A DNA stretch of 5,121 bases from a virus (lineage: Duplodnaviria > Heunggongvirae > Uroviricota > Caudoviricetes): positions 1 through 5,121 of IMG/VR virus record IMGVR_UViG_2698536505_000007. One strand, 5' to 3'. Positions 1 through 5,121 of the stretch are shown here, one piece after another. The notes under the pieces are model-generated. The model worked only from the letters and a program-made list of their open reading frames with translations. It made no database searches and had not been told where the DNA came from. The position numbers and the translations under genes are program-made. The first letter of the stretch is position 1. Every line of letters starts with the position of its first letter.

Positions 1-2225
1 GGAGCACCACTGGAACCACCTGAAACAAATGTCATCGAATGGGTATGTGCACCGGCTGAAGCAGCCGTACCGCTAACACTATGGGTATGCGCCCCGGTGT
101 TATTCGTGGATTTAGTGCCGTAATCAAACGACGATGTGTTTTTCGTCCCCAAATCCGTACTGGATGCGCTGGCGCTGTGGGTGTGCGATTTAATGCCGTC
201 CTGTTCCTGAGATAATACGGCTCGACCACTGGCAGGTTTGCCCTTAATCGTCCAGCCACGCATATCAGGGATCACGCCTGACGGATAAGCGGCTGCAAGT
301 TTTGGGTAGGCAGATTTGTCAAAAGTCTGCCCCTGCATCAGGGCATAACCAGACGGAACGGTATCTGATGGCCACGGGATTGGTGCACCGACTGGATAAA
401 ACTCTGCAGGAGGATGAGCCGAGGTGTAAAGCTGCGCCCAACCACTTTCAAAACCATAACCGTCTCTTGAAGAACGGTAGAACAGACCACCATTTCTGTA
501 ATGCGCCTTCATCTGCAAGGTCCGGCAACTTCCGACTCCGGTATAGAAGTTAACCAGAATATAGCTGTCGCCAGAGCGGGTGACATTATAAGCGCCTGAT
601 TCGGCATTCCATGGAACGCCCCCATCCGCATCGGCATACGCATCCGTTGCTCTTCTGGCAAAAGCAGCCACATGCGCGGCGGTTAAAGTGATATCAGTAG
701 AACCATCAAATGGAACACCGGATATTTTTCTTGCAGTCTGAAGTTTTGTAGCAGTTGCAGCATTACCAGTGGTGTTCTGATTACCCGTAGTGTTTACACC
801 TGGAAGGTTAATATTTGCAGAACCGTCGAAAACAACTCCACCGATAGATCTTGCCGTCTGCAATTTCGTGGCTGTACTTGCATTACCATTCAATGAACCA
901 GTTAATCCACCTGTAACAGACAACGGACCTGAAACTGTTCCTCCGGTTGTTGGCAGTGCTCCAATATCTAACGGCGTCGGTTTCTGATGTGTGCTATACA
1001 TCGTATAAACAACACCATCGGTAACGCTGGAAGGCTTACTCGCTGAATATGTTGGCGATGTATAAATAGAAACTGTCGCATTTGCAGTACAATCCCAATG
1101 GATATTTACACGAGTCGCATAATTGCCAATCTCAACGTAAATATCATATGTATCGCCGGATGTGTTGATCCAGGCGAAATTCGTTAATCCGACGGCTGTA
1201 CGCTTCCACAAAGCCCCGGTAATTCCTTTGGGGTTTCCATTGCCTGCTCGTAGAACCAGTTCTGAAATGCCTGCCTGATGTGGGGAACCGACGTTGTAAC
1301 CAGCGCCACCAATCAATGCGATGTAAACGATGGAACTCGCTTGTGGCATGGTAACCGTAGCCAGTTTGAACCACCCAGCCCCGCCAGAGAAAGACATCGT
1401 TACTGAATTTAAAGTACCAATATCTTTCGGCGTTAATGTTATATCCGCAGTCAGTGCTTTTCCGTTAACTTTTCGGTTAGATGGCACCCTGCTATTCGCA
1501 TTGTCATTGGCTGCTTTAACTGCTTTTGGCGTTGCGGCCAGCGATTCACTGGTGCTATCAACAGCACTGCTAAGTTTCACAACACCTTTAGTTGTAAGGC
1601 TTGCGTCTTCCATCGCAACTGCACCGGCAATCTCTTCAGCACGATCAGCAGCAGCTTCCGCACGGGTCGCAGCGGATTCAGCAGCAGTTTTGCTCTGAGA
1701 TGCTGCCGTCGCACTGCCTGCCGCCTCTGTTGCTTTCGTGGATGCCGTCGTGGCGCTGCCCTTCGCTGCTGACGCCTGTCTGGTCGCCTCATCTTTTGAA
1801 GCAGACGCAGATGATGCCGATGACGCTGCCGAACTGGCGGACGATGCGGCTGCCGTGTTCTGTGCCACTGCGGACGCGTTACGCGCCACCTCTTCCACCA
1901 TCAGTTCAAAACGGCGCAGTGCCTCTGGCCGGACATCATCCTCCGTCATTGCACCGAGGAAATCATTCAGTGTGCCCGGCTTTGAGTCCTCATATACGGT
2001 GATAATCCCGGCGTGTGACGGCGGGAATCCCTCCACCAACAGACTGACGCTGTACTGACCATACTCGACGTCCATTGTGTAACGCCCGGCTTCATCCGGG
2101 TTTTCTGAGGCCACTGTGTTCACCACCACCGTGGTGCTGTTGCGCCTGGCCTTTAGCTGAATGGTGCAGTTTTGTATCGGCTTACCTGCGCCATCTTTCA
2201 GTACACCTGAAATCCGTACTGCCAT
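1..2225 (-). CDS. stf: Side tail fibre protein Stf (lambda stf / orf-401 + orf-314 homolog); N-terminal 741 codons, 3' end beyond the window edge
   Basis: Hand translation of the minus strand from ATG at 2225..2223 is open with no stop for 741 codons down to position 3 ([118 protein letters not shown]...). The first ~105 residues closely match my recollection of the lambda Stf N-terminus, and the distal part (...[65 protein letters not shown]...GAHTHS...) matches the lambda orf-314 portion. A G-rich Shine-Dalgarno (GGGGGG, plus-strand 2229..2234) lies just upstream of the ATG. Absent from the ORF track only because it lacks a stop inside the window. Confidence 0.9.
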   Translation of the reverse strand, partial: MAVRISGVLKDGAGKPIQNCTIQLKARRNSTTVVVNTVASENPDEAGRYTMDVEYGQYSVSLLVEGFPPSHAGIITVYEDSKPGTLNDFLGAMTEDDVRPEALRRFELMVEEVARNASAVAQNTAAASSASSAASSASSASASKDEATRQASAAKGSATTASTKATEAAGSATAASQSKTAAESAATRAEAAADRAEEIAGAVAMEDASLTTKGVVKLSSAVDSTSESLAATPKAVKAANDNANSRVPSNRKVNGKALTADITLTPKDIGTLNSVTMSFSGGAGWFKLATVTMPQASSIVYIALIGGAGYNVGSPHQAGISELVLRAGNGNPKGITGALWKRTAVGLTNFAWINTSGDTYDIYVEIGNYATRVNIHWDCTANATVSIYTSPTYSASKPSSVTDGVVYTMYSTHQKPTPLDIGALPTTGGTVSGPLSVTGGLTGSLNGNASTATKLQTARSIGGVVFDGSANINLPGVNTTGNQNTTGNAATATKLQTARKISGVPFDGSTDITLTAAHVAAFARRATDAYADADGGVPWNAESGAYNVTRSGDSYILVNFYTGVGSCRTLQMKAHYRNGGLFYRSSRDGYGFESGWAQLYTSAHPPAEFYPVGAPIPWPSDTVPSGYALMQGQTFDKSAYPKLAAAYPSGVIPDMRGWTIKGKPASGRAVLSQEQDGIKSHTHSASASSTDLGTKNTSSFDYGTKSTNNTGAHTHSVSGTAASAGAHTHSMTFVSGGSSGA
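690..887 (-). repeat. Two tandem ~40-codon phage tail-fibre repeat units inside stf
   Basis: Translated units [30 protein letters not shown] and [30 protein letters not shown] lie about 120 bp apart in the same frame and share the motif [15 protein letters not shown]. The underlying DNA is diverged, so this is an old duplication. Confidence 0.6.
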
Positions 2226-2234
2226 ATTCCCCCC

Positions 2235-2263
2235 ACAAAAAAGCCCGCCTGAACCGGCGGGCT
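2235..2263 (-). terminator. Rho-independent terminator downstream of lom
   Basis: Minus strand reads AGCCCGCC-GGTTCA-GGCGGGCT (a 7-8 bp GC stem with a 6-nt loop, plus-strand 2242..2263) followed immediately by TTTTTT (plus-strand A-run 2237..2242). It lies 27 bp after the lom stop and about 10 bp before the stf start codon. Confidence 0.55.
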
Positions 2264-2289
2264 GTCATAACACTGTGTTACCTGGCTAA

Positions 2290-2889
2290 TCAGAATTTAT
2301 AACCGACACCCACGATGAAACTGTTGGTACGCCAGTCACCGCTGCCGGAGCCTTCATAAGCGACGTCAACGGCCACGGATTCGGTCGGGTTAAACTGCAC
2401 GCCAGCTCCCCACGCCAGAGACGTGTTGCTGTGGCGACCGTCATCACTTCCGGTCAGCACATCGTGCGTTTTCCCCTTGTTGTCAGTTACGCGGATATAA
2501 TCCCCGGAGAAAGTCGACACACGGCTGTAAGCCATACCCGCCATCGCATACGCGCTGAACCATTCATTCACGCGCACAGACGGCCCCGCCATCACGCTGA
2601 ACCAGCGATTACGCACGGAATCCTCATGCCAGCGGGTATCGCTGTAATGCGTTTTTTGCTCATCTTCAGCGTTGGCATAACTGAATGACGTAATCAGCCC
2701 CAGCGTGTCCGTAAACTCATAACGGTATTTCACGTTAATCCCGTTCAGATTTTCGCTGCCGGGAGCGTTCGTACGGGCATGAAGATACCCTGCGCTCAGT
2801 GTGGCCTGCTGCTCAGACGCCCATGCAGGCGCACCGGATACGGCCAGACAGATGGCTGCGGACAAAATGGCTGCACAAACTTTACGCAT
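2290..2889 (-). CDS. lom: Lom outer membrane protein (Ail/Lom/PagC family beta-barrel), 199 aa
   Basis: Complete ORF in the track. The protein begins MRKVCAAILSAAICLAVSGAPAWA (signal peptide with an AWA-S cleavage site) and ends GVGYKF (C-terminal Phe typical of outer membrane barrels). Near identical over most of its length to my recollection of phage lambda Lom. Shine-Dalgarno GAGAGG lies 5 nt upstream of the ATG. Confidence 0.95.
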   Translation of the reverse strand: MRKVCAAILSAAICLAVSGAPAWASEQQATLSAGYLHARTNAPGSENLNGINVKYRYEFTDTLGLITSFSYANAEDEQKTHYSDTRWHEDSVRNRWFSVMAGPSVRVNEWFSAYAMAGMAYSRVSTFSGDYIRVTDNKGKTHDVLTGSDDGRHSNTSLAWGAGVQFNPTESVAVDVAYEGSGSGDWRTNSFIVGVGYKF

Positions 2890-2894
2890 AATTA

Positions 2895-2900
2895 CCTCTC
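2895..2900 (-). promoter_or_regulatory. Shine-Dalgarno sequence for lom
   Basis: Minus strand reads GAGAGG-TAATT-ATG; the spacing and sequence are canonical. Confidence 0.6.
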
Positions 2901-2910
2901 GCTTTTCTGC

Positions 2911-2937
2911 AATAAAAAAGGCGCCATTTCTGGCGCC
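2911..2937 (-). terminator. Rho-independent terminator immediately after J (tJ-like)
   Basis: Minus strand reads GGCGCC-AGAAAT-GGCGCC (6 bp GC stem, plus-strand 2920..2937) followed by TTTTTTATT (2919..2911). It starts 20 bp after the J stop codon (2957..2959) and ends about 20 bp before the lom ATG. Confidence 0.55.
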
Positions 2938-2956
2938 CGTATATGGGTTATAAAAT

Positions 2957-5019
2957 TCAGCTGATACTGATGCCTGCGGTGGCTTTCTTCATCACCACAA
3001 CCAGCAAATCGCTGATACTTGCTGTGGGATACCAGTCATTTACCAGCCATGCTGACACCGAAAACTCCAGCGTCATGTGGCCGTGACCAGCTGGCATATC
3101 AATAACACCACTGTAAATCAGCGTATTATCCAGCGCGGTACGGTTATAAATTTCAGCACCATTTTTCTTCACTATCAGGCGGCATGAGGAGTAAATATCA
3201 GTATGCTCTCTCTCATGTTTAGCACCGCTGAATGCCACCGCCGGAATAACAATCTGCCGGTCAAACGGCTGATCGTCATAAATCCTGACGGTAATGGTCC
3301 CTGATGGCCACCGCTCCGGTGCCCGGGAGTCCCGCGGGAAAGCCTTACCCACTGTTTTGACAATATCGCCTTCAATCTGGTTGGCTGACAGTTTCCCTTT
3401 AATCTGACAGTTCTCATTTATCGTAACGTTGTTGAGCGTCCCGGCGTTCGCATTCACACTGCCACTGATATCTGCATTTTTAGCGGTCAGCTTTCCGTCC
3501 GGTGTCATGGAAAATGCAGGAGGATTACCGCCGCTGGTAATGGTCGGAGCCGTCAGGCGTTTCAGGAACACGTCGTTCATGAATATCTGATCGCCCTGAC
3601 CAACAAACATCGGCTTTGTGTTGCCATTCGCAGGATTAATCATCGCAATCCGATCAGCAGCCAGAAGCACCTGACTCTGCATACCTGCTGGCGTATTCTC
3701 AATACCGGCTCCGATACCCGCAATATAAAGGCGTCCGTCCTTCATCTGCTGCAGTTTCACGGCCCACATGCTGTTCAGGTTATTATTTGTATCAACCTGA
3801 ACTTTCTGTATCTGCTGGATTGCCGCGCTCTGATTTTCCAGTTTTTTATTGACGGTCTGCGTGATTTCATTGCTGACATTCGTAATGGACGTCCTGATTT
3901 CAGCCAGGTCAGGCGCAAGCTGACCGTTATCAATCTGCGTCCACAGCTCCTGGGCCAGATGTGTTTTCCCGATTTCTCCTTTGAAAAAATCCAGGTAACC
4001 TTCCGCATCATCGCTCGCCCGACCGACAGCCTCCACGAATGCCGATTTGCCGACTGTGTTCACACTGCGAACGTAAAAATAATAATCATGGCCCGGCTTA
4101 ATATTGATACTGGCGGCTATCCAGTACAGCGCCGTACCAAGATAGCGGGCTGTGGTTTCAACCTGCCTGATATCCGCAATCCGCGTTTCCGAGAACCAGA
4201 ACTCAAACTGTACCGTCGGATCATAAACCGCAAGATGCGGCGTGGCAGTTATCTGAAAATAGCCCGGCGTCAGCTCAATCCGCGACGGCGCTGCCGGGGC
4301 GGCAATCCGGAACGATACCGACGTCGGATCGCCCTGCTGTCCCCACGCATTTACCGCCCGGACCGTCAGCATGTAACGCCCCAGCGCCAGCTGCCTGAAG
4401 CGGTATGTGGTTTCCGTCGTCCGGGCCGTGCTGACCAGCCGCTCACTGCCGTCATCCGCTGTTACGGTCAGACGGAGCAGGAAGCTCACACCCTTCACCA
4501 CCTTCGGCGTGTCCCAGCGCGCCAGCACCTGATATTCCCCGCTGTCTGCGGTGACTTCGGCGGTCAGGTGCTGCACCGCTGGCGGCGTGACACCATTCAC
4601 CGTGCCGCTCTGGTCACCGTCAAAGTGCGCCCCGTTATCCACGATGGCTTCTTTTTCCGGTACATGCTGCACGGCGGTGATGGCATACGTGCCGTCGTCG
4701 TTCTCACGGATACTCACGCAGCGGAACAGGCGCTGGCGCAGCGTCGGCAGCTTCAGCCCCCACACGCTGTATTCAGCAACACCGTCAGGAACACGGCTCA
4801 CTTTCACCTTCACGCCGTCGGTGACGGACTGAACCTCCACGCTGACCGGATTGCCACTTCCGTCAACCAGGCTTATCAGCGTGGTACCGGAGGATGGCAG
4901 CGTGATTTCACGGTCGAGCGTCAGCGTCCGGGTCTGGCTGTTTACCGCCAGCACGCGCCCGCCGATGCTGATACCCGCATAGTCATCATCACAGATTTCA
5001 ATGACATCGCCCGGCACAT
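2957..5019 (-). pseudogene. J: Host specificity protein J (tail tip / central tail fibre), C-terminal ~687 codons; 5' side interrupted by IS3
   Basis: The track ORF 2957..5032 (691 aa) matches the C-terminal ~60 percent of lambda J over long stretches ([17 protein letters not shown]..., ...[11 protein letters not shown]..., ...[24 protein letters not shown]...[20 protein letters not shown]...). The upstream 13 nt of that ORF (5020..5032), including its GTG start, lie inside the IS3 terminal inverted repeat, and an in-frame stop sits at 5069..5071 within IS3. Genuine J sequence therefore begins at 5019 with no native start codon in the window. Lambda J is about 1130 aa, so roughly 450 N-terminal codons are missing or displaced beyond the IS element. 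Confidence 0.8.
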
Positions 5020-5058
5020 TGATCCTACCCACGTAATATGGACACAGGCCTAAGCGAG
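5020..5058. repeat. IS3 terminal inverted repeat (IRR, ~39 bp, imperfect)
   Basis: TGATCCTACCCACGTAATATGGACACAGGCCTAAGCGAG read inward from the element tip, matching the recalled IS3 right inverted repeat. The left copy would lie about 1.2 kb beyond the window. Confidence 0.75.
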
Positions 5059-5121
5059 GTTCTTGTTTTCAAATTGTTCCGGACTGAGGCCGCCACACCA
5101 ACTGTGCCGCCGCCACCGATT
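5050..5121 (-). CDS. insF: IS3 transposase OrfB (InsF), last 23 codons plus stop; partial, N-terminus beyond the window
   Basis: Minus-strand translation from the window edge gives [23 protein letters not shown] followed by TAG (plus-strand 5050..5052). This is the recalled C-terminus of the IS3 OrfB transposase, and the stop lies inside the terminal inverted repeat, as is typical for IS3. Confidence 0.8.
   Translation of the reverse strand, partial: NRWRRHSWCGGLSPEQFENKNLA

Larger units (their letters stand above)
5020..5121 (-). mobile_element. IS3 (IS3 family) right end; the element continues beyond the window edge
   Basis: Plus strand 5020..5121 is the reverse complement of the IS3 right terminus as I recall it (...AATCGGTGGCGGCGGCACAGTTGGTGTGGCGGCCTCAGTCCGGAACAATTTGAAAACAAGAACCTCGCTTAGGCCTGTGTCCATATTACGTGGGTAGGATCA), ending in the characteristic TGATC terminus. 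It contains the OrfB C-terminus and the imperfect terminal inverted repeat. Confidence 0.85.

Noticed and set aside
32-1374. Short track ORFs 32..259 (-), 302..553 (+), 790..987 (+) and 1144..1374 (-)
   Set aside because: Each is nested within the 741-codon stf frame in another frame or strand; they are 65-83 aa with no recognisable features. The long in-frame Stf translation explains the region.
1330-2058. Overlapping plus-strand ORFs 1330..1698, 1601..2002 and 1738..2058, and minus-strand ORF 1577..1792
   Set aside because: All fall inside the Ala/Ser-rich GC-repeat region of stf, in the wrong frame or on the wrong strand. Their Ala/Arg/Gln-rich translations are what GCN-repeat DNA produces in alternative frames; none has a plausible ribosome-binding site.
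2075-2964. Plus-strand ORFs 2075..2302 (TTG start), 2431..2688 and 2779..2964
   Set aside because: They are antisense to the stf N-terminus, to lom, and to the lom/J intergenic terminator respectively. lom and stf on the minus strand are strongly supported, so these are shadow ORFs.
3175-4011. Minus-strand ORFs 3175..3417 and 3775..4011
   Set aside because: They are out of frame with J on the same strand. The J frame is open and homologous across both intervals, so these are alternative-frame artefacts.
3959-5053. 364-aa plus-strand ORF in the track
   Set aside because: It lies entirely antisense to the J coding frame and crosses the J/IS3 junction. The translation is arginine-rich and low-complexity ([15 protein letters not shown]...), typical of the reverse strand of a GC-rich gene, and the opposite strand encodes a clearly recognisable protein.
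5020-5071. Possible expression of the J fragment by readthrough from the IS3 transposase gene, which is on the same strand
   Set aside because: The OrfB stop (5050..5052) and the J frame are in different frames. The J frame has a stop at 5069..5071 and its first start (GTG 5032) has no Shine-Dalgarno sequence. Translation of a truncated J is therefore unsupported, although I cannot exclude it.
1-5121. Novel defence or accessory system, CRISPR array, tRNA or other RNA gene
   Set aside because: No short direct repeats with spacers, no tRNA-like cloverleaf candidates, and no unassigned stretch of coding capacity. The entire window is explained by stf, lom, J and the IS3 end plus two terminators.

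Overview
This window is the distal tail region of a lambda-like (lambdoid) prophage of an enterobacterium, read here on the minus strand, with an IS3 insertion at its upstream edge. Everything in the window is accounted for by known phage-tail and insertion-sequence biology; I see no evidence of a novel or undescribed system. All homology statements rest on my recollection of the lambda J, Lom, Stf and IS3 sequences, not on a database search. In minus-strand order (high to low coordinates): (1) 5121..5020 is the right end of IS3, with the last 23 codons of the OrfB transposase and the terminal inverted repeat. (2) 5019..2957 is the C-terminal ~687 codons of the host-specificity protein J, cut off at its 5' side by the IS3 end, so it is a gene fragment. 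(3) 2889..2290 is an intact lom gene, flanked on both sides by hairpin plus T-tract terminators. (4) 2225..1 is a side tail fibre gene (stf) that is open in one frame for 741 codons and runs off the window edge. The ORF track missed stf because it lists only ORFs with both ends inside the window. Every plus-strand ORF in the track is antisense to one of these genes and is judged spurious.
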